Shown here: positions 9,690 to 19,900 of the stretch, in pieces
Layout of the letters: each line of letters begins with the position of its first letter
Position numbering within the stretch: position 1 is the stretch's first letter
From: Patescibacteria group bacterium
GTDB taxonomy: Bacteria > Patescibacteriota > Minisyncoccia > Phycocordibacterales > UBA12088
DNA length: 64,000 nt
Assembly: GCA_015491245.1 (NCBI GenBank)
Contig: WFWH01000002.1
Location: forward strand, 3,823 to 67,822
Direction of reading: 5' to 3'
Position numbers and translations under genes: made by a program
Notes under the pieces: model-generated
What the model was told of the DNA's origin: nothing
Database searches by the model: none
Seen by the model: only the letters and a program-made list of their open reading frames with translations

Positions 9690-10448
9690 ATGGAAGAGGA
9701 ATATCAACCTGCCCGCGCACACTCTCCCGCACGCCGCAGCGGCGCGTGGGGTATCGCCGCCGCCATCGTGGTAGCAGGACTCATGGTGGCGAGTGCATTC
9801 TGGGCAACCCGCACCCCCTCTACCAGCCCCGTGAAAGAGCCGCCCGCGGCACAAAAGCAAGGTGCCATAGCCATTCGTCCCGTTTCCGAAGAAGATCATA
9901 TTCGTGGCGATCCGAACGCGCCCGTGGTGATTGTGGAATATTCCGACTATGAGTGCCCCTTTTGCGCGAAGTTTGACCTCACCATGCAAAAGCTCATGGA
10001 AAAGTACGGGAAAGAGGGCAAACTGGCGTGGGTGTACCGCCACTTCCCCATTGAGCAGCTGCACAAGAAAGCGTGGCGCATCGCCATAGGGAGCGAGTGC
10101 GTTGCGGAGATAGCAGGCAATGATGCGTTTTGGAAGTATTCCGATCTCGTGTTTGCGCAAATGCGCAAACGTCCGCCGGGCAGCCTGGAATTTGATATGA
10201 CGCTACTCTCCGATTACGCCGAGGAGGCGGGCGCTTCACGCGAGGCGTTCAATGCCTGCATGGAAACGGAGCGCACGCGCCCCAAAGTGCAGGAGGACTA
10301 CGACGAAGCGGTGAGCGGCGCACAGGCAAAGGGAACCCCCCACAACATCATTATTGCGGGGGGGCAAATGGCGGCCGTGCCCGGCGCACAGCCCTACGAC
10401 GTGCTGGACCAACTCATCGCCTCCATCCTCAGCGGCCTGGGAGAGTAG
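9690..10448 (+). CDS. membrane-anchored DsbA-like thiol:disulfide oxidoreductase (thioredoxin fold, CPFC)
   Basis: TM helix GIAAAIVVAGLMVASAFWA, then VVIVEYSDYECPFCAKF. Confidence 0.6.
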   Translation: MEEEYQPARAHSPARRSGAWGIAAAIVVAGLMVASAFWATRTPSTSPVKEPPAAQKQGAIAIRPVSEEDHIRGDPNAPVVIVEYSDYECPFCAKFDLTMQKLMEKYGKEGKLAWVYRHFPIEQLHKKAWRIAIGSECVAEIAGNDAFWKYSDLVFAQMRKRPPGSLEFDMTLLSDYAEEAGASREAFNACMETERTRPKVQEDYDEAVSGAQAKGTPHNIIIAGGQMAAVPGAQPYDVLDQLIASILSGLGE

Positions 10449-10533
10449 CCCCCCGCACCAGCCACGCAGCATTTTTTACGTGCCGCCCGCGTGAGAAAAA
10501 TAAAATAATAGAGGGAGCATGCGCCACACATCG

Positions 10534-13500
10534 CTATGCCTCACGCGACTCCTTTCTCTCAAACAGCTCCCGCACCAAGGGGCAAAACGAGGTGGTGCGC
10601 GCATCGCACGGATCGCGGAGAAATTCCAGGTGGTAGATGCGGCGCGCCGCCGCGGCTATCTCTTCCTCCAACCGTGCCACTTCCTCATCTGTTATGGAGG
10701 CGACATAGGGCGTACGCACCACGCCGCGCGCATCAGGCTCCACGAATTCAATCGCCGCATGCGCCATGGCCGGCTCGTTACGGTGCGCCCGTTGCCAGAG
10801 CAAGCGGTAAAACACCAGCTGGCGGTAGTAGTCTCCCGCACCCTGCGCCTTAGTGCGTCCCTCAATGTGGTTGCGTGATTTCGGCTTCCCCGTTTTGTAA
10901 TCCACCACGCGCACCCCACCCTCCTCCACGAGATCCACGCGGTCCAGCATCCCCCGAAGCGGAAAAGAGAACCCCTCGGGGTGCTGAAACTGCGCCGTGA
11001 GAGAAAGTTCTGTCGCGAACACGCGCGGCACCGCCGCGCAACGCGCCTCCCAATAGCGCGCCAAACTCTCTTCCCCTTTTTTGCGCATCTCTTCCCACTC
11101 GCGCGCGGAAAGCGGCTTTCGGGAGAGATGGTAGCGGAAGCGGTCTAAGAGGTAGGCGCCGTCCGCGCGCTCTCCGGTGCGCAGGCGCTCATAGTGGTCC
11201 CGCAGCGCCTGATGCACCGCATCACCAAAGAGCATGTGGCGGTTGGGCGAGAGGGGCACGCGCAGCAGATTGGCAAAGAAATACTCCCACGGATTTTTGA
11301 GAAAATTGTTGAGGGCGGTGACGGAAAGCCCCTGCTCCAAAAAGAGCGCACGCAGGTACTCCTCATCTATCGGCGATACAATGCGCGCCTGCCGCGGCGC
11401 CAGCAGCAGGGCGGGGTCAAGGTTTTGCTCAAATGCGTCCCCCGCTACCTCTTCGCGATAGCGCGGGTCTATCTCTTCAATAAACCTGCAGGGGAGCTGG
11501 GGGCGTCCCGAGAGAGAGCGGGTCGCATAGGTAATGGTAACCCCGTGCCGCGCACGGGTAAGCGCCACGTAGAAGAGGCGGCGCTCGTCGTCAATGGCGC
11601 TTTCCGCCGCATCTTCGGACAACCCGGTGGTCAAGGTAAAGTGCGCAGCGGGGCGCGCGGCGCCTCCCCAGTGTGCGTCGTATGCCTGCACGAGGAATAC
11701 GTAATCAAACTCAAGTCCCTTCGCTTTATGGGCGGTCATACAGCGCACCGACGGCGTGCGGACGCGCGGACGCACGCTCTTTACCGGCACGCGATGCTCC
11801 TCAAGGAGAGAGAGGTAGCGCACCACCTCTGCCATGCCGTAGTCACGGTGCGCTTCCAAGAGGCTCTGTATATCACGCAAAAAAGAACGGAAAAACTCCA
11901 GCCGCTCCCTTCCATCTCCGAGGGTGAGGAGATGGCGCACAAATCCCGATTCCTGCGCCACCGTATCCAACACCTCCAACACGCCGCGATTGCGTGCGAG
12001 GCGGCTCCAGCGGGCAAGTGCGTTCCCAAGTTCCGCCATCCGTGCGGAATCTCCCACTCCGGCCTTTTCCAAGAGTGCGGGCTGCGCGAGCAACCCATAT
12101 AAGCTCTTGCCGCTATCGCGCCGCAGGCGCATCAGTTTGTAGATATCCAAGGGCGCTAAACCGGTCACCTCCCAGCACAGAAACGACGCCAAGAGCTCCT
12201 CATTGCCGTAGTGTACCAGTGTGCGCAACAGCGAGACGAATCCGCGCAAGAGCGGGTCTGCCAGGACATTCTGGTCGGATTCCACCACAAACGGCACGCC
12301 CAACCGCTCAAAATCCGGTATAAACTGCTCCACATCGCGGTTGTTGCGGTACAGCACCGCTATCTCCTCCGCCGGCACCCCTTGGTCTATAAGGTCGCGC
12401 ACGGCGCGCGCGACATACGCTGCCTCAAATGCGGGTTCCGAGAAAGAAGCCACGGTGATTTTCTCCCCCGTCTCCTCGAGATGTGCCTTGAGCGGCTCTT
12501 TCAATTCCACCTCCGCCAACCCCCCCTTCGCAATCATGCTGAACGAGGAATCCAATATGAACTGACGCGAGCGGTAGTTGTCGGAGAGGCGGATGACCTC
12601 CGCTTCGGGATACTTTTTCTGGAAATACAGGAAGTTCTCCAGGGAAGCTCCCTGGAAGCGGTAAATGGCCTGCTTGGCATCGCCCACCAGAAACAGGTTG
12701 GGCCGGGGATGAAAACTGGCGAGCAATTCCAGAATGCGGTTTTGCGATTGGTTTGCATCTTGATGCTCATCCGCGAGCAGGTAGAGGTATTCTTCCTGCA
12801 CCGAAAGCAGAAAATCTTCGTTGCGCTCCAGCGCCGCAACGGTTTCCACTATCATGTCATCAAAGTCATAGCGGCGCTCCTCGCGCAGGCGTTGCTCGTA
12901 GCGCGCGTACAATTGCGCCAAATCCTCATTCTTTTCCAGCTTGGCCTCCCAAACCACGTACTTCCCTTTTTTCTTTCCCTTGTGCGGCCCTTTCTCGTGG
13001 TAGAGGTCCTCAATGGAGGCGAACGCTTCGCGCTCTTTACGCGCGCGGCGCGCCGCCTCCTCGGGGCTGATCGCCTCTTTTTTGAGGTCACTAATGGCGC
13101 GCGCCACGTGCGGCAGGTAGTGGTAGGGGCTGCCAAAGGGGCGCAGACGCTTCAGCGGTGCCTCATCAATGAGCGCCTTGAGCAGCTCCAGCTTATCCAC
13201 TTCGGTTAAAAGCTGCGCACCGATAATGCGGGGATAGGCATCCGGAAAACGGCGAATGAGATCATTGCAAAAAGAGTGGAAGGTATAGATGGCTACTTGG
13301 TAGCCGCGGCTTCCCACCATTGCCACCAGGCGCTTGCGCATCGCGTACACGCCCGCCTCGGTGAACGTCAGCGCCAAAATGCCCGAGGGCGGGGTGTCGG
13401 TGAGGCGCAAGATGTTGGCGATGCGCAGTGTGAGGATTTGTGTCTTTCCCGTTCCCGGGCCGGCAATCACCATGACCGGTCCCTCAATGGTGTCCACCGC

Positions 13501-13554
13501 GCGGCGCTGCTGCGGATTGAGTTGCCGATATAAGCGAGAAAACGAAGCATCCAT
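10534..13554 (-). CDS. UvrD/PcrA-family helicase fused to C-terminal PD-(D/E)xK (RecB/AddA-type) nuclease domain
   Basis: 1006 aa. N-terminus RAVDTIEGPVMVIAGPGTGKTQ (Walker A) with helicase motifs throughout. C-terminal nuclease motifs GMLDRVDLVEEGGVRVVDYKTGKPK, QLVFYRLL and CDARTTSFC. Confidence 0.7.
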   Translation of the reverse strand: MDASFSRLYRQLNPQQRRAVDTIEGPVMVIAGPGTGKTQILTLRIANILRLTDTPPSGILALTFTEAGVYAMRKRLVAMVGSRGYQVAIYTFHSFCNDLIRRFPDAYPRIIGAQLLTEVDKLELLKALIDEAPLKRLRPFGSPYHYLPHVARAISDLKKEAISPEEAARRARKEREAFASIEDLYHEKGPHKGKKKGKYVVWEAKLEKNEDLAQLYARYEQRLREERRYDFDDMIVETVAALERNEDFLLSVQEEYLYLLADEHQDANQSQNRILELLASFHPRPNLFLVGDAKQAIYRFQGASLENFLYFQKKYPEAEVIRLSDNYRSRQFILDSSFSMIAKGGLAEVELKEPLKAHLEETGEKITVASFSEPAFEAAYVARAVRDLIDQGVPAEEIAVLYRNNRDVEQFIPDFERLGVPFVVESDQNVLADPLLRGFVSLLRTLVHYGNEELLASFLCWEVTGLAPLDIYKLMRLRRDSGKSLYGLLAQPALLEKAGVGDSARMAELGNALARWSRLARNRGVLEVLDTVAQESGFVRHLLTLGDGRERLEFFRSFLRDIQSLLEAHRDYGMAEVVRYLSLLEEHRVPVKSVRPRVRTPSVRCMTAHKAKGLEFDYVFLVQAYDAHWGGAARPAAHFTLTTGLSEDAAESAIDDERRLFYVALTRARHGVTITYATRSLSGRPQLPCRFIEEIDPRYREEVAGDAFEQNLDPALLLAPRQARIVSPIDEEYLRALFLEQGLSVTALNNFLKNPWEYFFANLLRVPLSPNRHMLFGDAVHQALRDHYERLRTGERADGAYLLDRFRYHLSRKPLSAREWEEMRKKGEESLARYWEARCAAVPRVFATELSLTAQFQHPEGFSFPLRGMLDRVDLVEEGGVRVVDYKTGKPKSRNHIEGRTKAQGAGDYYRQLVFYRLLWQRAHRNEPAMAHAAIEFVEPDARGVVRTPYVASITDEEVARLEEEIAAAARRIYHLEFLRDPCDARTTSFCPLVRELFERKESREA

Positions 13555-13574
13555 GGCGCACGTGCGTTTTCGGC

Positions 13575-13580
13575 ATTATA
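13575..13580 (-). promoter_or_regulatory. extended -10 (TGcTATAAT) for the helicase-nuclease gene
   Basis: Minus strand gcgTGcTATAATgccgaaaacgcacgtgcgccATG, 20 nt before the start. Confidence 0.35.
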
Positions 13581-13692
13581 GCACGCGCGCCAACGCCCCT
13601 TACGGCGCTTCACTGCCCCCGCCTGCGGCGGCACATCGCCTCGCGCAGGAAGCGGTAGCCGCAGCGGTGCGCGTGGAGGCGCCCACGGCGCA

Positions 13693-15093
13693 CTAGTAGT
13701 TGCGCAATTTTTTGCTCTTTTCGTGGTGGCGAATCTTTTCAATCGCCTTCGCCTCAATTTGGCGGATGCGCTCGCGGGTCACCCCAAACTGCTTACCCAC
13801 TTCCTCCAGCGTGTGGTATATGCCATCCACCAAGCCGTGGCGCAGCTCAAGAATTTTCCGCTCCTTGGGCGAGAGATCACCTAAAATATCGCGAATGTGA
13901 TCGGAGAGAATGCGATGTGAGGTTTCTTGGTCCGGCGCGGTAATTTGGTCATCCGCGATAAAGTCCCCCAAGGTGGATTTTTCATCATCGTCCGATCCTA
14001 CCGGCGCTTCCAGCGAAACGGTTGCTTGGTCAATTTTTTCAATCATATGAATCTTCTCCACCTCCACGCCCATTTCCGCCGCCACTTCCTCGGGAAGGGG
14101 GTCGCGCCCCAAATCCTGCGCCATGCGCCGAAACACCTGCTTGTATTTGGCAATGGTCTCCACCATGTGCACGGGAATGCGAATGGTGCGCGATTGGTCG
14201 GCGAGCGCGCGGGTGATGGCTTGGCGAATCCACCACGTGGCATAGGTGGAAAATTTGTACCCCTTGGTGTAGTCAAATTTGTCCACCGCCTTGAAAAGGC
14301 CCAAGTTGCCCTCTTGAATCAAATCCAACAGCGTCAAATCGGGACTCCTCCCAATATATTTTTTGGCGATAGACACTACGAGGCGCAAATTGGCGCGCGC
14401 GAGGAGGTTCTTTGCCTCCTCGTCGCCCTCCATGACGCGCTTGGCGAGCGCGCGCTCTTCGCTTGCCGTCAAGAGCGGGTACTGGCCGATTTCCCTGAGG
14501 TACATTTGGATGGAGTCATAGCCGGAATCGTGGCGGCGGTACACGTTTTTTTTGTCCAGTATGTTGCCTACTGTCTCATCGGAGAGAATATTGCCGCTCT
14601 CCAACACCTCAATCCCCGCCGCGGCGAAGCGCTCGTACAGGTCTTCCAAAAAAGCGATGTCGCGCTCCACCTCGGGAAGCTCTTTGAGAATCTCGTCATA
14701 AGTGATGTAGCCGCGCTCACGCCCTTTAGCAATTAAGCGCTCGGCGAGTAAATCTTTCTCCGAGGTTTTTTCCGCGGCGTGCGTGCGCGGTACACTTTTC
14801 TTTTTTGCGCGCACGGATGCCGATGCAGCGCGCGCAGCTGTGTTCTTTGCGGCGGTTTTCTTAGCGGGTGCACGGCGCGTGCGCGCACGCGCGCGCGTAT
14901 TGCGGGTTGTAGTTGCGTTCTTTACGGTACGTGTAGTCTTGCTCTTTTTCTTCGCAGTGGCAGTGGTTTTTTTAACGTTCCCCTTCGCCTTAGCGGCGGT
15001 GACGGACTTTTTCCCTGCCTTTTTCTTCGCCTTGGAGGCGGCGGTTTTTTTGCGCGTATGTGCGCGTGTTGCTTTTGCCTTTGTACTCGGCAT
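13693..15093 (-). CDS. rpoD: RNA polymerase sigma-70 (primary sigma) with about 115-aa Lys/Ala-rich N-terminal extension
   Basis: The C-terminal 350 aa carry sigma70 regions 1.2-4 ([72 protein letters not shown]). The N-terminus is [52 protein letters not shown]... Confidence 0.85.
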   Translation of the reverse strand: MPSTKAKATRAHTRKKTAASKAKKKAGKKSVTAAKAKGNVKKTTATAKKKSKTTRTVKNATTTRNTRARARTRRAPAKKTAAKNTAARAASASVRAKKKSVPRTHAAEKTSEKDLLAERLIAKGRERGYITYDEILKELPEVERDIAFLEDLYERFAAAGIEVLESGNILSDETVGNILDKKNVYRRHDSGYDSIQMYLREIGQYPLLTASEERALAKRVMEGDEEAKNLLARANLRLVVSIAKKYIGRSPDLTLLDLIQEGNLGLFKAVDKFDYTKGYKFSTYATWWIRQAITRALADQSRTIRIPVHMVETIAKYKQVFRRMAQDLGRDPLPEEVAAEMGVEVEKIHMIEKIDQATVSLEAPVGSDDDEKSTLGDFIADDQITAPDQETSHRILSDHIRDILGDLSPKERKILELRHGLVDGIYHTLEEVGKQFGVTRERIRQIEAKAIEKIRHHEKSKKLRNY

Positions 15094-15108
15094 AACAGAT
15101 ATGGTGGA

Positions 15109-15133
15109 GCAACTATACTACATATGTAGTTGC
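15109..15133. promoter_or_regulatory. 25-bp inverted repeat GCAACTATACTACATATGTAGTTGC overlapping the putative rpoD -10 (TATAGT on the minus strand)
   Basis: Arms GCAACTA/TAGTTGC flank a CATATG core, 16-40 nt upstream of the rpoD ATG. Possible operator. Confidence 0.3.
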
Positions 15134-15157
15134 ACCGCAATGCGCTGCAGTAGTTAC

Positions 15158-16906
15158 CTATGCCGTATCTCCCTCATGCAGGCGCAGTGAAATCTCTTGA
15201 ATCTCACGCAGGAGTGCCTCTGCTTCCTCCTCTCTTCCCGCCGCCTCGGCTGCCGCATGGCAGGCATGGAGCTCTTTAAGCCTGCGCTGCGCCTTTGCGC
15301 GCTCCCACTCGTCCAACACTGCATGCAGTGCGGCAATGCGCGCGTGGTGCCCCTCTTCCTTGAGGTACTTGTCTTCGAGCTCAAAAAGCAAACGGGTGCG
15401 CGCGGGGGTAAGTGGTGCCATCTCTTCATCTGTCACCAACGCCTCAGCCCGCTGGTGCAGGGCGGCAAGCGACGCATCCGCTGCATCAGCGGATGCCTTC
15501 TCTGCGATGTCTTCCGTGTACCACCGCACCGCAACCGCCATACGCTGAAGGTGCTGGTACCGACCTTCTGCAGGCGCAGCAATATCTGTTGTAGCACCGG
15601 GCGCCGTGCGCGGCGGCGCGGCGGCGCGCGGTGTCTCCTGTGCCGCCACCGCGATCTCTTCCCGCACCGTATCTTCCGGCACTGAGAGTGCACGTGCGAT
15701 GTGCCCCGCCCACAATGCGCGGTCCACCGCATGCGGCATAGCGGCCACCAAAGGGAATACCTCTGCGCGCACCGCGCGCACATAGGCGCGCTCGTCGCGC
15801 GTGGCGGCGCGCAGCAGCGCGAGGTAGTGCTCTACCACAGGGATACTGCTTTTCACCGCCGTGCGCCACGCCTCGGGGCTCTCCCGTACACAATCGGCCG
15901 GATCGCTCCCCTCGGGCAAAACAACCGTCTTCACCTCCATGCCCTCGGCAAGTGCCATGCGCGCCACGCGGCCCAGTGAGCGCATTCCCGCTGCGTCGGC
16001 ATCAAACGCGACCACCAGATTTGCGGTAAGGCGGCGCAAGAGCGAGAGGTGCTGAGGGGTAAACGCAGTTCCCGATACTGCCACCGTGTTAGGAAATCCC
16101 GCTTGGTGGCTCATCACCAAGTCCATCTGCCCCTCCACCACGAGTGCAAAATTGAAGCGGCGTATGGCACCCTTCGCTCTGTCGTAGCCATAGAGCAGCG
16201 ACGATTTGTCATAGAGCGGCGTTTCGGGAGAGTTAAGATACTTCGCCACTTCCGCACCTCCCTCTTGACCCACGGCGCGGCCCGAGAACGCCACCACGCG
16301 CCCCGCGCTGTCGCACAACGGGAAGAGAATGCGGCTGCGGAACCGGTCATAGTAGGTGCCGCGCTCACTTTTTTTGACAAGTCCCGCCTTCTCTAACTCA
16401 TCCTCGCGGTACCCTTTTTGCTTCAGCGCCTCCAAAAGCGCGCGCCACGCGGCAGGTGCAAAACCCAGGCGCCACGTGCGGCGGGTTTCTTCGCGCACGC
16501 CACGCGCCGCAAGGTACGCCTGCGCTTCGGGGGAGGCGGAAAGCTGCGCCGTATACCACGAGGCGGCATCCTCCATTATCTGGTACAGCCGCTCGCGCGC
16601 ATCTCGCGCCTCTTTCCTCTCGGGCACCAGTGCTATCCCCGCACGCTCCGCCAATATTTTCAACGCGCCGCGAAAATCCACCCCCTCCATTTCTTGAATG
16701 AAGGTAAAGATGTCGCCTCCCTTATTGGAGGAAAAACAATAGTACATGCCCCGCTCGGGGGAAACAAAAAACGAGGGGGTCTTTTCCTTGTTAAAGGGTG
16801 AGAGGCCGCGGAAATTTTTCCCCGCTTTCGTGAGTTTGACATACTCCCCCACCAGTGCCACGATATCCACCCGCTCCTTTATCTGCTCCACCACAGACGA
16901 GCGCAT
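15158..16906 (-). CDS. dnaG: DNA primase
   Basis: MRSSVVEQIKERVDIVALVGEYVKLTKAGKNFRGLSPFNKEKTPSFFVSPERGMYYCFSSNKGGDIFTF, followed by a TOPRIM region. It sits in the classic dnaG-rpoD pairing. Confidence 0.85.
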   Translation of the reverse strand: MRSSVVEQIKERVDIVALVGEYVKLTKAGKNFRGLSPFNKEKTPSFFVSPERGMYYCFSSNKGGDIFTFIQEMEGVDFRGALKILAERAGIALVPERKEARDARERLYQIMEDAASWYTAQLSASPEAQAYLAARGVREETRRTWRLGFAPAAWRALLEALKQKGYREDELEKAGLVKKSERGTYYDRFRSRILFPLCDSAGRVVAFSGRAVGQEGGAEVAKYLNSPETPLYDKSSLLYGYDRAKGAIRRFNFALVVEGQMDLVMSHQAGFPNTVAVSGTAFTPQHLSLLRRLTANLVVAFDADAAGMRSLGRVARMALAEGMEVKTVVLPEGSDPADCVRESPEAWRTAVKSSIPVVEHYLALLRAATRDERAYVRAVRAEVFPLVAAMPHAVDRALWAGHIARALSVPEDTVREEIAVAAQETPRAAAPPRTAPGATTDIAAPAEGRYQHLQRMAVAVRWYTEDIAEKASADAADASLAALHQRAEALVTDEEMAPLTPARTRLLFELEDKYLKEEGHHARIAALHAVLDEWERAKAQRRLKELHACHAAAEAAGREEEAEALLREIQEISLRLHEGDTA

Positions 16907-16976
16907 ACGGAATATAGTATATCAGCTCCCCTCGGCGGGAATGGAAAGGGAGGAGAAGAAGACGGCGTGGTACCCG

Positions 16977-19900
16977 CTACGCCTCTTGTGCAGCTGCGGG
17001 CTTTTCCTCCGCGGCCTCTTCCTCCATCGCATCGGGAGTGATGGTAAGGCCCTCCTGCACCTCTTCTTCCGCCTCAGGCTCCTGTGACGCGAGTGTCTCC
17101 TGGAGTTCGGTGATCATTTGGTACTTCTCGCTGCCGGGGTAGTGCGTTCCCGCAGGAATGAGGCGGCCAATGATGACGTTTTCCTTGAGGCCGCGCAAGC
17201 GGTCCTTTACCCCCTTGACGGCAGCGTTAATGAGCACTTTGTTGGTGTTTTGGAAGGAAGCCGCAGAAAGGAAGCTCTGGCGTGTGAGTGAGACCTCTGC
17301 AATGCCGAGTAGATGCGTTTCTGCCTCCGCGGGCTGCCCGCCCTGCGCGCGCGCCGCCTCGTTTACCTCCTCCAGGTACCACTCCTCCACAATATCGCCC
17401 ACATTGAGGTGGGTGTCACCGGGGTCCTTCACCTTTTTACGGGAGAGCATTTGCTTTACGATAACCTCAATGTGCTTACGGGAAATGGAAACGCCCTGCA
17501 GTTCGTAAATTTTGCTCGTTTCGCGGATAATGTAGTCCTGCGTTTTCTTTTTTCCCGCAAAGCGGAACAGCTCGGTGAGATTGGCGGAGCCGTCGGTCAG
17601 GAGGTCGCCCTTCTCCACTTTGTCCCTCTCTTGTACCAGTATTTTGCGCGGCGGCTGCACACGGTACTCAATTTCTTTTTTCTTCGCATCCTTGGACCCT
17701 TTTTCCGGCGCCAAGATGATCACCTTTTCACTTCCCTCATCCCGTATTTCCAAAACGGTACCAGAAATTTGCGCAATGGCAGCCGGCCCTTTGGGCATGC
17801 GCCGCTCAAACACCTCCTCCACGCGGGGGAGGCCCTGCACCACATCACCCTGCACGCCCGCCGCGCCCCCGGCGTGCTTGGTGTTCATGGTAAGCTGCGT
17901 CCCCGGCTCGCCAATGGCCTGCGCCGCTACGGTCCCAACCGCTTCGCCAAAATCAACCGGCTTCCCGGTGGTAAGGTCAGCGCCGTAGCACCTGCGGCAC
18001 ACGCCGTGGAGGTTTTTGCAGGCCATGGGGCTGCGCACCTCCACCGCCTCCACTCCCGCGCGCTCAATGGCACGGGCGTCTTCCGGTGTCACAAAGTGGT
18101 TGCGTTTGAACACGGTGCCGTCCTCCAGCACCACCTCCTTGGCGAGGAAACGTCCCACAATGTTTTTGGCGAGGTCGGTTTCAATGCCTAGCGCACTCTC
18201 GCGCGAGATCGTAGCGCCCTCACGCGTACCGCAATCCTCCTCTGTCACGATTACGTCCTGTGCCACATCAAACAGTTTGCGCGTCAGGTATCCTGCCTTT
18301 GCAGTTTGCAGTGCGGTATCGGCAAGTCCCTTGCGAGAGCCGTGCGTGGTCACAAAGTATTCAATGGGGGTCAACCCCTCCTTGTAGGAAGTGGTAATCG
18401 GAAACTCAATGGTCTCCCCTTGGGTGTTTTGAATGAGCCCCTTCATGCCCGCCATCTGTGTCAATTGCCCCATGGAGCCGCGCGCGCCGGAGATGACCAG
18501 GTCATACACGGAGCCGTTGGGATCCATCGCCTCGGGGATCTTCTTCTCTATTTCGCTCTTGGCGTGGTGCCACACCTCAATCACCATGCGCTTTTTCTCC
18601 TCGGGAGAGAGCAAGCCTTCCTGGTACTGCGCCTCAATTTCGCGCTGGCGCGCGCGTGCCTCTTCCACAATGCGCGCTTTTTCCTCGGGAATGGTGAGCT
18701 CATCAATACTCCATGTGACCCCGGATTTCGTCGCATAGGTGAAGCCGAAGTCTTTCATTTTGTCCAGTATCGGCGGCATCGCATCCAGGCCGTAGAGGCG
18801 GATGAGCTCGTCCACGAGTGCAGAGAGCGCGCCCTTTTTCATCTCTTGGTTAAGGTAGGGGTAATCCTTGGGGAGTACGCTGTTGAAGAGCAGGCGCCCC
18901 ACCGAAGTTTCAAACGGCACGCCGTTGAACTGCGCATACTTGGGGCTGTCGCTCGGCAGCACCTTGATGCGCGCGCGGAATGATACCAGGCCGTAATCGT
19001 ACGCATGAATGGCGTCATTGGGGCTGGAGAAATATTTCCCCTCCCCTTTTTCTCCATCCACAATTTTAGTCATCCAGTAGCAGCCCAGCACAATGTCTTG
19101 GCTGGGAGTGGTCACAGGGGTCCCGCTGCCCGGCTTCAGGAGGTTTTTGTTGGCGGACATAATCTCCCGCGCCTCCAGCTGTGCCTCTTCAGAGAGCGGC
19201 ACGTGCACCGCCATTTGATCGCCGTCAAAGTCAGCGTTAAATGCGGGACACACCAAGGGGTGGATACGGATCGCATTGCCCTCTATCAGAACCGGGCGAA
19301 ACGCTTGGATGCCCTGCCGGTGCAGCGTGGGCGCACGGTTGAGCAGCACATGTTTGTCCGCAATAACCTCTTCCAAAATGGCCCACACCTCGGGAATCCC
19401 TTCTTCAATGAGCCGGCCCGCGCCGCGAATGTTATAGGCGAGCTCGCGCTCCAGAAGCTTCGCGATAATGAAGGGGCGGAACAGCTCCAGCGCCATGTGC
19501 TTGGGCAAGCCGCACTGGTCCAATTTCAATTCAGGCCCCACCACAATAACCGAGCGGCCCGAGTAATCCACGCGCTTCCCCAGCAGGTTCTGCCGGAAGT
19601 ACCCCTGCTTGCCGCGCAGGTAATCCGACAAGGATTTGAGCGGACGGCGCTGCGCCTGGCTCATTGCTGAGTACGTGGTGTTGCCGTGGCGTATGGAATT
19701 ATCAATGAGTGCATCCACCGCCTCCTGCAAAATGCGCTTCTCGTTGCGCAGGATAACCTCGGGCGCCTGGATGTCCATGAGCTTTTTGAGGCGGTTGTTG
19801 CGGTTAATGACGCGCCGATAGAGATCGTTGAGGTCTGAAGAGGCATGGCGCCCCCCCTCCAGGGCAACCATGGGGCGCAGTGCCGGCGGAATGACGGGAA

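Noticed and set aside
12211-13209. 332-aa plus-strand ORF inside the helicase gene, and similar long antisense ORFs (22031..23443, 26399..27229, 31134..31772, 35690..36235, 58778..60289, etc.)
   Set aside because: Each overlaps a strongly supported gene on the opposite strand. Their composition is typical of GC-rich antisense frames.
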